Assembly (NCBI GenBank): GCA_910577505.1
Contig: CAJTLN010000002.1
Span: 114,740 to 178,739, forward strand
Direction: 5' to 3'
Length of the DNA: 64,000 bases
From: an uncultured Bacilli bacterium
GTDB taxonomy: Bacteria > Bacillota_I > Bacilli_A > RF39 > UBA660
The position numbers and the translations under genes are program-made. Under the pieces are notes generated by a model that had not been told where the DNA came from, made no database searches, and saw nothing but the letters and a program-made list of their open reading frames with translations. Positions 27,132 through 38,164 of this stretch are shown in pieces; within the stretch, counting starts at the first letter, position 1; the number at the start of each line of letters is the position of its first letter.

Positions 27132-29150
27132 ATGAAAAAATTAGTAATAGTGGAATCACCTTCAAAGAGTAAAACTATTGAAAAATATTTAGGAAACGAT
27201 TATAAAGTGGTTGCTAGTATGGGTCATATAAGAGATTTGGCAACAACAGGTAAATTTGGTTTAGGTGTAGACGTTGATAATGATTTTGCGCCTTCTTATA
27301 TACCTATGAAGGGAAAAAAGAAAGTTATTACAGATTTAAAGAAAATGTCAAAAGAAGCAGAACAAGTATATTTAGCAACCGACCCTGACCGTGAGGGAGA
27401 AGCAATAAGTTGGCATTTAAAAGAAGCTTTAGGTTTAAAGAAAAATTATGAACGCGTTACGTTTAATGAAATTACAAAAGATGTTATAATTGAAGCTTTT
27501 AATAAAGCTCGTGATATTGATGTTGATTTAGTTAAGAGTCAAGAGACTAGAAGAATATTAGATAGAATAATTGGTTTTAGATTATCTAAATTAATGCAAT
27601 CTAAAACAGGCGGTAAAAGTGCGGGTAGAGTACAAAGTGTTGCTTTGAAGCTTATTGTTGATAGAGAAAGAGAAATACAAGCATTTATACCAGAAGAATA
27701 TTGGTCAATTACAGCTAAATTTAATCAATTTGATGCTGATTTAGAAAAATATAAAAATAAAAAAATTGAACTTAAAAATGAAGATGAAGCTGACTATGTA
27801 ATATCTTCTTTAGGACCAGATTATCACATTAGTAATATTGAGTGTAAAGAGAAAAACAAAAAAGGTGTTATGCCTTTTAAAACTAGTACATTACAACAAA
27901 CAGCAGTTAATAAACTTAATTTTGCAAGTAGTAAGACAATGCGTATAGCACAAAAGTTATATGAAGGTGTAGACATTGGTAGTGAAACAGTTGGTCTTAT
28001 TACTTATATGCGTACAGATAGTGAGAGATTATCTCCTGTGTTTATTAATGAAGCATTTAAGTTTATTAAAGAAACATATGGAGATAAATATGTTGGTGCA
28101 GTAAAACAACAAAAGAAAAATGATAATATGCAAGATGCACATGAAGGTATTCGTGTAACTAGTCCTTATAGAACACCAGAGTCTTTAAAGAAATATTTAA
28201 GTGCAGATGAATATAAATTATATAGTTTAATTTATGCTAGAAGTTTAGCTTGCTTAATGGCAGACGCTAAAGTAAAAGCTACTGCTGTTACGTTACTTAA
28301 TAATGATTATGAATTTAAAGCTACTGGTAGTGTTTTAATATTTGATGGATATCTAAAAGTGTATGGTAATTATGAATCATCTGAAGATACAATATTACCA
28401 GATTTAACAGGTATAACAGTATTAAATGCGGATGAAGTAATAAAAGAACAACACTTTACTAAGCCAGCTCCAAGGTATACAGAAAGCTCATTAATTAAAG
28501 AATTAGAACGTCTTGGAATAGGTAGACCTTCAACATATGCAACAATTATGGAAACTATTAAAGCTCGTGATTATGTAACAGTTGAAGATAAAAAATTTGT
28601 TCCAACAAAAGTTGGTATAGAAACTACAGATAAATTACAAGAAGGATTTAGTGATATTATAAATGTAGAATATACAGCTAATATGGAAACAGAACTGGAT
28701 GAAATAGCTGAAGCTAAATTGAATAATGTTGAAGTATTAAAAGAGTTTTATAATAAGTTTGAACCATTAGTTGAAGATGCGTTTAAAAATATGGAGAAAA
28801 AAGAAGCAGAGCAGACAGGTGAGGCTTGTCCAGAATGTGGAAGTCCATTAGTTATTAGAAATGGTAGATATGGTGAGTTTGTTGCTTGTTCTAATTATCC
28901 AGAATGTAAATTCATAAAAAAGGAAGAAGTACCAGTATTAGAGATTTGTAATTGCCCTAACTGTGATGGAAAGATAATTGAAAAGAAAAGTAGAAAAGGA
29001 AAAGTCTTCTATGGATGTAATAATTATCCAAAATGTAAAACAGCTTATTGGTATAAGCCTGTAGATAGAAAATGTCCAGAATGTGGTGAAATGCTATTAG
29101 AAAAGTCTAAAAAAATAGTATGTAGTAGTTGTGAATATGAAGACGAGTAA
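27132..29150 (+). CDS. topA: DNA topoisomerase I
   Basis: MKKLVIVESPSKSKTIEKYLG...ASMGHIRDL (Toprim), TDPDREGEAI, active-site GLITYMRTDS, and three C-terminal Cys4 zinc ribbons. Confidence 0.93.
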   Translation: MKKLVIVESPSKSKTIEKYLGNDYKVVASMGHIRDLATTGKFGLGVDVDNDFAPSYIPMKGKKKVITDLKKMSKEAEQVYLATDPDREGEAISWHLKEALGLKKNYERVTFNEITKDVIIEAFNKARDIDVDLVKSQETRRILDRIIGFRLSKLMQSKTGGKSAGRVQSVALKLIVDREREIQAFIPEEYWSITAKFNQFDADLEKYKNKKIELKNEDEADYVISSLGPDYHISNIECKEKNKKGVMPFKTSTLQQTAVNKLNFASSKTMRIAQKLYEGVDIGSETVGLITYMRTDSERLSPVFINEAFKFIKETYGDKYVGAVKQQKKNDNMQDAHEGIRVTSPYRTPESLKKYLSADEYKLYSLIYARSLACLMADAKVKATAVTLLNNDYEFKATGSVLIFDGYLKVYGNYESSEDTILPDLTGITVLNADEVIKEQHFTKPAPRYTESSLIKELERLGIGRPSTYATIMETIKARDYVTVEDKKFVPTKVGIETTDKLQEGFSDIINVEYTANMETELDEIAEAKLNNVEVLKEFYNKFEPLVEDAFKNMEKKEAEQTGEACPECGSPLVIRNGRYGEFVACSNYPECKFIKKEEVPVLEICNCPNCDGKIIEKKSRKGKVFYGCNNYPKCKTAYWYKPVDRKCPECGEMLLEKSKKIVCSSCEYEDE

Positions 29151-29235
29151 TCGTCTTTTTTTTATTTATATGTTTGTTCTCTTGACCACTGTTTATAAAA
29201 ATATTATACTAATATTATAGAAAAGAGGAGTTTAT

Positions 29236-29715
29236 ATGAAAAAGAAATTTTTAGGGTTAGTTTTATTTGTTATGATGGCTTTAACTCTTACTGGATGTGG
29301 AAAGGAAGAAAATAAAGATTTAACTTGTAAAGCTAAAATTAATCAAAGTGGAATGGTTATTGAAATGACTGCTAAGGGAAGTTTTGGAAGTAAAAGTGAA
29401 AAGTTAAAAGATTTTGAAATGGAATATTTTTATGATTATACTGATTTATTCGAAAAATCAGGTGTAGAAATAACTAGTCAACTTGCTGATGAAATGAAAG
29501 ATTCAATTAGAACCGAATTAGAGAAACAATTTAAAGATAAAAAAGGAATAGAAATTAAGGACATTACAAATGATGGTAATAAATTTTATATTACTATTAA
29601 TGGAGATGTAGAAACTTTCGAAAAAGAATATCCAGCTGATTTCAAAAATGATGGAGAATTCACATATAATGGATTTAAGAAAGAATACGAAAAACAAGGA
29701 TTAACTTGTGAATAA
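29236..29715 (+). CDS. hypothetical lipoprotein (paralogous C-domain with 30414..31262)
   Basis: MKKKFLGLVLFVMMALTLTGCG lipobox with RBS aagaggag. LTCKAKIN...EMEYFYDYTD and GLTCE resemble the C-domain of 30414..31262. Confidence 0.55.
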   Translation: MKKKFLGLVLFVMMALTLTGCGKEENKDLTCKAKINQSGMVIEMTAKGSFGSKSEKLKDFEMEYFYDYTDLFEKSGVEITSQLADEMKDSIRTELEKQFKDKKGIEIKDITNDGNKFYITINGDVETFEKEYPADFKNDGEFTYNGFKKEYEKQGLTCE

Positions 29716-29748
29716 GAAAAGACTTCAGTTTTGAAGTCTTTTTCCTTT
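29714..29748. terminator. bidirectional rho-independent terminator
   Basis: aagacttcagttttgaagtctttttcc hairpin with a T-run. It lies between the convergent genes 29236..29715(+) and 29725..30285(-). Confidence 0.65.
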
Positions 29749-30285
29749 GGTATTTGAATTAGAATTTTTTTGTTTTTGCTCAGCTAATTTTGCGATACTA
29801 TTTGTATAGTTTCTGGCTTGAGCGATTAAAGCTGATTCCATAGAACGGAATGATATTCCAGTTAAACTTGCATTAAAAACATTTTCTTCGATAGAAGTAA
29901 CACAGTGATGATCTAGATAAGAGGCTTTTTTTAAAATTCTTTTTTCATGAAATTCAAGTCTTTTCTTGTATTCACATAATTTTTTAATAATTTCATTGAT
30001 TTTAGTTTTGTCACTTATAGCTTTATCAGCTAAAGTATTTAGTTCTTCAATACTAAGACTATTTAATGAATCAAAATCAGGAATGTATCCGAGGCTTTCA
30101 ATATATTCAGCATTATTTGAGTTATTTATGCGATAAAAACCTTCTGTATCACATTCCATATTTATAATGGATGGTTCAGTAAATAATTCTGGTCTTACAA
30201 ATTCTTTACTAGCGTTCAATGTTTCAATATCAGTTTTTTCTATAAATGCTATTTTTTTTCCTTTTACAACTCTTATTTTTTTCAT
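29725..30285 (-). CDS. hypothetical protein
   Basis: Reverse ORF of 186 aa with RBS aaggagaa. No motif. Confidence 0.45.
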   Translation of the reverse strand: MKKIRVVKGKKIAFIEKTDIETLNASKEFVRPELFTEPSIINMECDTEGFYRINNSNNAEYIESLGYIPDFDSLNSLSIEELNTLADKAISDKTKINEIIKKLCEYKKRLEFHEKRILKKASYLDHHCVTSIEENVFNASLTGISFRSMESALIAQARNYTNSIAKLAEQKQKNSNSNTKGKRLQN

Positions 30286-30413
30286 ATTTTCTCCTTATGT
30301 AATTATCATATCCCTAATATTACAATATGTCAAATTATCTATTTTTTGACTATAAAAATTTGTTGACTATATTTATTTTATTATATATACTTGTCTTAAA
30401 GTAGTGTGAGAAA

Positions 30414-31262
30414 ATGAAAAAAGATGTAATTACAATTGTTGCTTTATTAATTTTAATAGTTTTATTAGGTGGAGGGATATTTTTTGCTGTTAAAACTAAT
30501 ATGTTTAGTACTAGAACTGATGAAAAAGCGAATTTGACCCATAATGAACAATATTATGATGAGGATGAAGGCGAAGAAGAAAATCAAAATGAAGAAGTAG
30601 AAAAGCCAGAAGAAAAAGTGGAAGAAGTAGAGCAACCAAAGAAAGATGAAGTAAAAAAAGAAGAAAAGCCAGTTACTACACCACCTGTTATAAATAAAGT
30701 AGATGTAATTGAAAAAAATCCTACATTAGGTAGTGGTGGTCAAAATCAAGGAAGTAATAATAATCAAAATAATGATGATCAAGAAAAAAAAGATGATAAT
30801 ACTAATAACAATGGGGATAATCAAGATGATAATCAGAATGATGAACCTAAGCCTCCAGTATTGCCTAAAGAAGGGACGCTTACTTGTACAAATGTAACAA
30901 ATGATGAAGATGGTGTTTTGACACATACTGTAGTTGGTGTATTTGATACTACAGATGCTTATATTAATAATTATAAAGAAACTTTTGTTTATGATTTTAC
31001 TGATACGTATGAACCTTTTGATGATGAAATAAGAGCTACTTTGGAAAAAAGTTTAAATGATGAAGTTGTTGCATCATTAGGAGAGCTTGCTAATTCTTTT
31101 ACGATAACACCAGGAAGTAGAGGTAATATAATTAATTTAAGTTTGGCTAGTGATAGAAATAGATTAAAAGCTGTAAATCCAAGTGGATTTACAACTACTG
31201 GTATTTTCTATTATGAAAATTTTAAAAGTATTTATGCTAGTTCAGGATATATATGTAGTTAA
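30414..31262 (+). CDS. hypothetical membrane-anchored protein with acidic / N,Q-rich low-complexity linker
   Basis: N-terminal TM helix. An EEKVEEVEQPKK... stretch then GSGGQNQGSNNNQNND... Its C-domain is paralogous to lipoprotein 29236..29715 (LTCTNVTN...ETFVYDFTD...GYICS). Confidence 0.5.
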   Translation: MKKDVITIVALLILIVLLGGGIFFAVKTNMFSTRTDEKANLTHNEQYYDEDEGEEENQNEEVEKPEEKVEEVEQPKKDEVKKEEKPVTTPPVINKVDVIEKNPTLGSGGQNQGSNNNQNNDDQEKKDDNTNNNGDNQDDNQNDEPKPPVLPKEGTLTCTNVTNDEDGVLTHTVVGVFDTTDAYINNYKETFVYDFTDTYEPFDDEIRATLEKSLNDEVVASLGELANSFTITPGSRGNIINLSLASDRNRLKAVNPSGFTTTGIFYYENFKSIYASSGYICS

Positions 31263-31349
31263 AGGTATCGATTTTATAATCGATACTTTTTATTATATAT
31301 AGTGAAAAATTTATTTATATGTTATAATTTCTTGTAGTTAGGTGATTTT

Positions 31350-33146
31350 ATGAAACAGGAGAATATTAGAAATTTTTCGATAATTGCACATATAGATCAT
31401 GGTAAAAGTACTTTAGCAGATAGAATCCTAGAAATTACTGGTGGAGTAGATAAACATGATATGAAAGCACAAATGCTTGATAGTATGGATTTAGAGAGAG
31501 AAAGAGGAATTACTATTAAGTTAAATGCTGTACAACTTAATTATCGTTATAATAATGAAGATTATACTTTGCATTTAATAGATACGCCTGGGCATGTCGA
31601 TTTTAGTTATGAAGTATCGAGAAGTTTAGCGGCTTGTGAAGGAGCAATATTAGTAGTAGATGCGGCTCAAGGAATAGAAGCACAAACTTTAGCTAATTTA
31701 TATTTGGCGATGGCTGATGATTTGGTAATAATACCAGTTATTAATAAAATAGATTTACCGAATGCTGATATACCTAAAGTATTAAAAGAACTAAAGGATG
31801 TATTGGGATTTAGAGAAGATGAAGTAATTTTATGTAGTGGTAAGACAGGCGAAGGGGTTGAAGATTTAATAAAAGCAGTTGTAACACGTATTCCAGCTCC
31901 TAAGATTAATAATGAAGCCCCAACTAGAGCATTAATATTTGACAGTCATTTTGATGCTTATAGAGGAGTTATAGCTTTAGTTAGAGTATTTGATGGTAAA
32001 GTAACTAGTAAAGATACGATAAAGATGCTTGCTACTAATGATCAATATGGTGTTGTTGATTTAGGAGTTAATCATCCAAAAGAAGAAATAAAGAATGAAT
32101 TAGTATCTGGAGAAGTTGGATGGATAAGTGGATCTATTAAAGATATTAGAAGTGTTAGAGTAGGAGATACGTTAACTACTTTAAGAAGTGAAGCAGATAC
32201 ACAATTGCCTGGATATCAACCTATGAAACCAATGGTATATAGTGGAATATTCCCTGTTGAACCAAATAAATTTCCAGTGTTGCGTGAAGCTTTAGAAAAA
32301 TTACAATTAAATGATGCTTCACTTGCTTTTGAGCCAGAAACTAGTGATGCATTAGGATTTGGATTTAGAACTGGATTCTTAGGACTTTTACATATGGATA
32401 TTATAATGACTAGATTAGAAAGAGAATTTGATTTAGATGTTATAGCAACAAGTCCTTCTGTTATATATAAAGTTGAATTAACTAATGGGGAATGGGTGGA
32501 AGTTGATAGTCCTAATAAATTGCCAGAAAGAGCTAGAATTAAAGAAATAAATGAACCATATATAAAGACAAATATTTTTGTTCCTAGTGATTATATAGGT
32601 TCTATTATGGAGTTATGTCAGGATAAACGTGGTAATTATATTGGAATGGAATATATAGATCCAACTAGAGTTAATATTCATTATGAGATACCACTTGCTG
32701 AAGTAGTTTATGATTTTTTTGATAAATTAAAGAGTATGACAAAAGGATATGCTTCATTTGATTATGAATTATGTGGTTATAAACCATCTGATTTAGTTAA
32801 AATGGATATACTAATTAATGGAGATACAGTAGATGCATTAAGTGTTATTGTACATAAAGATGATGCTTATAATAGAGGTAAAAAGATAGTTGAAAATTTA
32901 AAAACTATAATACCAAGACAAATGTTTCAAGTCCCTATTCAGGCTAGTATTGGTAGTAAGGTTATTGCGAGAGAGAATATTAGTGCAATGAGAAAGAATG
33001 TTTTGGCTAAGTGTTATGGTGGGGATATTTCACGTAAAAAGAAATTATTAGAAAAACAAAAAGAAGGAAAAAAGAGAATGAAAATGGTTGGTCGTGTTGA
33101 AGTACCACAGGAAGCATTTTTAGCTGTATTAAAGGCGGATAAGTAG
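31350..33146 (+). CDS. lepA: elongation factor 4 (LepA)
   Basis: [20 protein letters not shown]...DTPGHVDF...NKID and the LepA-specific C-terminal domain. Confidence 0.95.
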   Translation: MKQENIRNFSIIAHIDHGKSTLADRILEITGGVDKHDMKAQMLDSMDLERERGITIKLNAVQLNYRYNNEDYTLHLIDTPGHVDFSYEVSRSLAACEGAILVVDAAQGIEAQTLANLYLAMADDLVIIPVINKIDLPNADIPKVLKELKDVLGFREDEVILCSGKTGEGVEDLIKAVVTRIPAPKINNEAPTRALIFDSHFDAYRGVIALVRVFDGKVTSKDTIKMLATNDQYGVVDLGVNHPKEEIKNELVSGEVGWISGSIKDIRSVRVGDTLTTLRSEADTQLPGYQPMKPMVYSGIFPVEPNKFPVLREALEKLQLNDASLAFEPETSDALGFGFRTGFLGLLHMDIIMTRLEREFDLDVIATSPSVIYKVELTNGEWVEVDSPNKLPERARIKEINEPYIKTNIFVPSDYIGSIMELCQDKRGNYIGMEYIDPTRVNIHYEIPLAEVVYDFFDKLKSMTKGYASFDYELCGYKPSDLVKMDILINGDTVDALSVIVHKDDAYNRGKKIVENLKTIIPRQMFQVPIQASIGSKVIARENISAMRKNVLAKCYGGDISRKKKLLEKQKEGKKRMKMVGRVEVPQEAFLAVLKADK

Positions 33147-33154
33147 GTGTTTAT

Positions 33155-34264
33155 ATGACAAAGAAAGATTTTAAAGATAAGATATTATTAATTACTTATG
33201 GAGTTTTGTTGTTCGTATTTTTAATGAATTATAATTGGATAGGCAATATACTAATGTATTTAGGAAATATTCTTTTACCATTTATAATAGGAGCTATTAT
33301 TGCATTTATATTAAATGTAATTGTTAAGATGTTAGAAGATTCTATTTTAAAGAAAACTGGTAAATATAAAAGGGGATTAAGTATTCTATTATCTTTATTG
33401 ATAGTATTTGGATTTATAGCTATAATGTTGTTTATTTTAATCCCTCAAATAAAAAATGCTGGAATGATTTTTATTGAAAATATTCCAGAATATCAAGAAA
33501 CGATTTATGATATTGGATCAAAATTTGGTTTATCAGAAGAAACATTAAGTTATATCGATTTGGAAAATAATAAAATAAAGGATGATTTTTTAACATTATT
33601 GTCTGATAATACAGAACATATTATTAATTTTTCAATGATGTTTGCTAATTCTTTATTAAGTGCTCTTACAAATTTCTTTGTTGGGTTTGTATTTGCAATT
33701 TATATTTTAATTGATAAAGAAAATTTATCTCGTCAGTTTAAAAAAATATTAAATAAACTTTTCAAGTCATCAGTTTACGATAAAGTATTAGAAATATCTA
33801 GATTATCTAATATGACGTTTCAGAATTTTATAAAAGTACAAGCATTTGAAGCTTTTATATTAGGTTTCTTATGTTTTATTGGTATGTTAATATGTAGATT
33901 ACCATATGCAGCAACTATATCTGTTCTTGTCGGATTTACAGCGTTAATTCCAATATTTGGAGCATTTATAGGTTGTGCTATTGGAGCGTTCTTAATATTT
34001 ATGATTAATCCTATAAAAGCTATTATATTTATTATATTCTTCTTAGTATTACAGCAAATAGAAGGAAATTTGATTTATCCCCATGTTGTTGGTGGAAAAA
34101 TTGGATTACCAAGTATTTGGGTTTTAGTTGCTGTAATGATAGGTGGATCTGTTGGTGGAGTATTTGGGATGTTAATTGGAGTTCCAATTATGTCTATAGT
34201 ATATAGTTTATTAAAAGTTTACGTAAATGATAAAAATAAAAAGAAAATAACTACTTCTAAGTAG
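33155..34264 (+). CDS. AI-2E (PerM/YtvI-like, UPF0118) family transporter
   Basis: About 8 TM helices. The C-terminal LQQIEGNLIYPHVVGGKIGLPSIWVLVAV block is typical of this family. Confidence 0.55.
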   Translation: MTKKDFKDKILLITYGVLLFVFLMNYNWIGNILMYLGNILLPFIIGAIIAFILNVIVKMLEDSILKKTGKYKRGLSILLSLLIVFGFIAIMLFILIPQIKNAGMIFIENIPEYQETIYDIGSKFGLSEETLSYIDLENNKIKDDFLTLLSDNTEHIINFSMMFANSLLSALTNFFVGFVFAIYILIDKENLSRQFKKILNKLFKSSVYDKVLEISRLSNMTFQNFIKVQAFEAFILGFLCFIGMLICRLPYAATISVLVGFTALIPIFGAFIGCAIGAFLIFMINPIKAIIFIIFFLVLQQIEGNLIYPHVVGGKIGLPSIWVLVAVMIGGSVGGVFGMLIGVPIMSIVYSLLKVYVNDKNKKKITTSK

Positions 34265-34272
34265 TTATTTTT
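34248..34272 (+). terminator. rho-independent terminator
   Basis: aactac-ttctaa-gtagtt hairpin overlapping the stop, followed by attttt. Confidence 0.5.
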
Positions 34273-34300
34273 AGTATACTTTATATAAGGAGAGTATGTT

Positions 34301-35044
34301 ATGAAAAAGAAATTTGTTATGATTCTTTTATTACTTGTTAGTGTATTTATAATCGCTGGATGTAAAAAAGAAGAAAGTTTAGGAAGAAATTTGACGGATG
34401 ATGAGAAAAAGATATTAATGGAAAGGGTGAATTCTTTAGAATTTTTTGATTTTTATGGAAGGAATTTTTCAACAAGTGATTTGACAAATCAGGAAGTTTT
34501 ACATTATGCATTTTATTCGAATCCAGATGCTGTAAGTTTTAAAGAATTAAAGAATTTAGTTGATAAAACAGTTGATTTTGAATTAGAACCAGAAAATTTT
34601 AAGTGTTTTATTCATGATAATGATGATTTAAGTAGTTATTATTTTCTTTATAATGAAGATACAGGAGAGTATGATGATAATTTAGAGCATGAGAGTCATG
34701 GAGCAGGCGGTTTTTTATCAAATGTATACAATCGTTATAGAAGTTCTTATAATGAAGGAGATATTTATACAATTTCTGTATATAAAATGTTTTCAGCGTT
34801 AAAACAATCTACAATAGATGAAAGACCAATGTTTTATGCAACATATAATGATGCAAAGAATAATAAAAATGTTATATTAAATTTAGAAGAATTCTATAAT
34901 TGGGAAAGCTTAAAATTAGCTGTAGAACCACAAGAATATTTAGATAAAATGGATAAAGATAAGTTGGTAACTTATACTTATACTTTTAAAAAAGTAGGAG
35001 ATAATTATCTTCTTACAAATTATGAATTTAAGAAAAAAGCATAA
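34301..35044 (+). CDS. hypothetical lipoprotein
   Basis: MKKKFVMILLLLVSVFIIAGCKKEE lipobox with RBS aaggagag. Confidence 0.5.
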   Translation: MKKKFVMILLLLVSVFIIAGCKKEESLGRNLTDDEKKILMERVNSLEFFDFYGRNFSTSDLTNQEVLHYAFYSNPDAVSFKELKNLVDKTVDFELEPENFKCFIHDNDDLSSYYFLYNEDTGEYDDNLEHESHGAGGFLSNVYNRYRSSYNEGDIYTISVYKMFSALKQSTIDERPMFYATYNDAKNNKNVILNLEEFYNWESLKLAVEPQEYLDKMDKDKLVTYTYTFKKVGDNYLLTNYEFKKKA

Positions 35045-35048
35045 TAAA

Positions 35049-35077
35049 ACAAGAGATTTATTTTCTCTTGTTTTTTT
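35049..35077 (+). terminator. rho-independent terminator
   Basis: acaagaga-tttattt-tctcttgt hairpin (8 bp) followed by T7. Confidence 0.7.
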
Positions 35078-35184
35078 AATTAGATTCTTTTATGGTATAT
35101 ATGTTTGTTACTCCTAAAAGAATGATAATAAGTAGTAAAATTATTATTACTATCGTGTTACCAATATATTTAATTAATAAAAAA

Positions 35185-35218
35185 AACAATATTTAAATAT
35201 CTTAGGTATTGTTTTTTT
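35185..35218. terminator. candidate bidirectional terminator downstream of 35227..36471(-)
   Basis: aacaata...tattgtt inverted repeat flanked by an A-run on one side and a T-run on the other. Confidence 0.45.
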
Positions 35219-35226
35219 ATTAGTAA

Positions 35227-36471
35227 TTATTTACTTTTTTTCTTTTTTTCTTTTAGCCAATCTTTCCCGTCTACCATACGTCCAACTAACATTGAACTAG
35301 CTGTATCACCAACTACGTTTAATACTGTAGCAGGAGCATCGATAACTGTAGCAATTATTGTTAAAATAGGTAGTGCTGCAGCAGGGAATCCCATAAGAGT
35401 TAAGATAAACATTTCAGAGATTGTTCCACCACCAACTGGTACTGCTGTTACTAGAAGTGTTGCAAGTAATGATACCCCAAGAACTGTCCATATACTTGGA
35501 TTCATTTCGAATAAGTATACTAGGAACATAATTTTAAATACGCTTCCTATAACAGATCCATCTTTATGGAAACTTGTACCCATTGGAATTGTTGTTTCAG
35601 CGATATCTTCAGATACACCAGCTTCTCTAGCAGCTTTTACGTTTACTGGAATACAAGCAGCAGATGAACAAGTAGCAAGAGCTGTAAAAGTAGGAGCTAG
35701 AACACTAGACCAATAAGATTTAAAGCCTTTTTTACCACCTGCAATAAATGCATATAATGAGTAAACTGCAAAGTAAACTATAACACATGTAACTGTATAA
35801 ATTATAAATGTTTTTAGGAAACCTACAGCAATACTTTGTCCATAAGTTCCGATTAATGCTGCAAAATAGCAACCTAAACCAATTGGAGCATAATACATAA
35901 TGATATTAACCATTTGAAGTACTACGTCATTTAAACTAATTAAAATATTTTTTAATCCTTCGCCTTTTTCTTTAGTTTTTCTGATAGCAAGCCCAAAGAT
36001 AATAGAGAATACTAATAGTGGAATGATACTATCTTTACTTAGCAAAGTATGAAAGTCACTTACTGTAAGTAAACTAGCAGTTCTTTCTAAGATAGATACA
36101 TCATTATCTATAACACTTTCTTCATCTAATAATTCTAATATTTTAGAATTTTCTTTAGTTTCTACTAAATTGAATGAGTAAGTTGAAACTAAACCAATTA
36201 AAGCAGATATTACTGACATTATTACAAATGCAATAACGATTCTACTCATAATTTTTCCAAGTCTTTTAGGACTTTCCATTTTTATAATGGCTGTTGTAAT
36301 TGTTAAGAAAATAAGTGGTACTATAACAACAAACATTAAATTAATGAATATGTCTCCAAGTGGACTTAATACACTTGCTTTCTCCCCAAATACTAAACCT
36401 ACAATAGCACCAATAATAATTGAAACAATTAAAATTATTGTCTGCTTATAATTTGACCATATTTTTTTCAT
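35227..36471 (-). CDS. dicarboxylate/amino acid:cation symporter (DAACS family)
   Basis: CSSAACIPVNVKAARE.GVSEDIAETTIPMGTSFHKDGSVIG corresponds to the SSSAxLPxT ... PxGxTxNMDGTA motifs. About 8 TM helices with re-entrant loops. Second ATG chosen for RBS ggagg spacing. Confidence 0.75.
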   Translation of the reverse strand: MKKIWSNYKQTIILIVSIIIGAIVGLVFGEKASVLSPLGDIFINLMFVVIVPLIFLTITTAIIKMESPKRLGKIMSRIVIAFVIMSVISALIGLVSTYSFNLVETKENSKILELLDEESVIDNDVSILERTASLLTVSDFHTLLSKDSIIPLLVFSIIFGLAIRKTKEKGEGLKNILISLNDVVLQMVNIIMYYAPIGLGCYFAALIGTYGQSIAVGFLKTFIIYTVTCVIVYFAVYSLYAFIAGGKKGFKSYWSSVLAPTFTALATCSSAACIPVNVKAAREAGVSEDIAETTIPMGTSFHKDGSVIGSVFKIMFLVYLFEMNPSIWTVLGVSLLATLLVTAVPVGGGTISEMFILTLMGFPAAALPILTIIATVIDAPATVLNVVGDTASSMLVGRMVDGKDWLKEKKKKSK

Positions 36472-36601
36472 AGTCATCCTCCTTCATTACTAATAATCAT
36501 ATTCCTAAATTATAAAAATAGTAAGGAATGCAAATCCACAGAAAAAAATATAGATATAGATAAAATCCACAATATGTGGTATTGTTGTAATAGGTGATAT
36601 T

Positions 36602-38164
36602 ATGCAAAAGAAATATATAAAGATGAATAATAATGATGAACATTTAAGTATAGGAAATTTATTTAGAATTATAAAGGACTCTTCTAAAAATAAGATGTCA
36701 GCATTACAAAGTGAAATGTTTTGTACTTTATTTGAATTAGAATATATAAATGATACAACGGTAAATAATTATTGTGTTGGATGTAGAAGTATTGGAGCAG
36801 AATATAAACAGACTTTCTTAAATAAAGAGATAAGATATGAGAAAGAAAAGCAGGAATTTGCTGATAACATAATAGGTTTAATTAATATTATGGATGGTGT
36901 TGTTCATAAAGATATTAAAGATAAGATACAATTTATAAATGAAAGTGATAGTGCTTTAAGTCTCTCTAAAAAATTATATAATTTAGCAAAGAATGATAAA
37001 CAAATAATAAATGAATTTACGAATAGGCTATATCAACTTATTAATGATAATAAGATATATGATTGTTTAATAGAAGAGTTAATATTTATTGTTCTTCATA
37101 AAAAGCAACCAATTTATGAAGATGAATTAAAGAAGGAAGTATTTGAAACTGTCCTTAATGATACGAGTATTAGTTCAGTTGATTTACAAGAGTATTTATC
37201 TTTGAAATTAAGAGAAGGTATTAATTTTGATTATTCAATGAAAAAATTAGCTATAGAAGGTAATGCTTATGCTAATTTTGAAATAGGTAGTAATGAGTAT
37301 TATGGTTATTTTACAGGTAATCCTAGATATGATGAAGCATTCAAATACTTAGATAAAGCAGCTTCTATGAATCATGCTAGTGCAAATTATATGATAGGAA
37401 ATATGTTTGTTAGAGGATTAATTGGAGGTAAATCTAATGAAGAATTAGAACGAGGATATGAATATTTAGTTAAATCATATAATTTAGGGAATGTTGCGGC
37501 ATCTAATTTAATAGGAAATATGTATAGAGATGGAATATATCCTTTAAAGAAAGATTTAGATAAAGCTCGAGAGTATTATAATAAAGCAGCAAATAATGAT
37601 TATGCTTATGCTTATAATAATTTAGGGAAGATAGAAGAAAATAATGGAAATACTAGTGAGGCATTTAAATATTACTTAATTTCAGCTGATTTAGGAGAAA
37701 GTTGGGCTTGTAATAAAGTTGGAGAATATTATAGAACTGGTATTATAGAAAAAAATATGAAAAAGGCTTTTTATTATTATCAAAAAGCTTTAGAAAGTAA
37801 TTATAAGGTTTTGTGCAATTATGCTTATTATAATTTGGCTAAGTACTTTTATATGGATGGATATATGGATATTGTATTGGAGGGAGATGTAGATAAAGCT
37901 TTAGCCTATTATCAAAAAGCTAGTGAAAATGGTATTTTAGAAGCAACTATTGAATTGTTTAAATATAACACTAAGAAATATTTGTTTTTTAGAGATAATG
38001 ACATTAAAAAGGAAATTTATAGATTAAAAAAGATAATAGAAGGACATCCAAAATACAATAAAGATATATGTGATGAAGTCGAAACAATTATTAATGAATT
38101 AATGGAAAAAAGAGAAATAAATATTGAGCCAATAGAAGATTTAGCATGGGAAATAATTGAATAA
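36602..38164 (+). CDS. Sel1-like repeat (SLR/TPR-like) protein
   Basis: Repeated A.Y.IGNMF..G / SNLIGNMYRDG / YNNLGKIEE..G / ACNKVGEYYRTG blocks spaced ~36 aa apart match the Sel1 repeat pattern. Confidence 0.55.
   Translation: MQKKYIKMNNNDEHLSIGNLFRIIKDSSKNKMSALQSEMFCTLFELEYINDTTVNNYCVGCRSIGAEYKQTFLNKEIRYEKEKQEFADNIIGLINIMDGVVHKDIKDKIQFINESDSALSLSKKLYNLAKNDKQIINEFTNRLYQLINDNKIYDCLIEELIFIVLHKKQPIYEDELKKEVFETVLNDTSISSVDLQEYLSLKLREGINFDYSMKKLAIEGNAYANFEIGSNEYYGYFTGNPRYDEAFKYLDKAASMNHASANYMIGNMFVRGLIGGKSNEELERGYEYLVKSYNLGNVAASNLIGNMYRDGIYPLKKDLDKAREYYNKAANNDYAYAYNNLGKIEENNGNTSEAFKYYLISADLGESWACNKVGEYYRTGIIEKNMKKAFYYYQKALESNYKVLCNYAYYNLAKYFYMDGYMDIVLEGDVDKALAYYQKASENGILEATIELFKYNTKKYLFFRDNDIKKEIYRLKKIIEGHPKYNKDICDEVETIINELMEKREINIEPIEDLAWEIIE

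Noticed and set aside
30167-30349. 60-aa + strand ORF
   Set aside because: Antisense to and overlapping the start region of 29725..30285(-). It covers that gene's promoter/RBS region and has a hydrophobic antisense-type composition.
30726-30926. 66-aa minus-strand ORF
   Set aside because: Antisense to the low-complexity region of 30414..31262. Runs of I/L/F reflect the A-rich sense strand.
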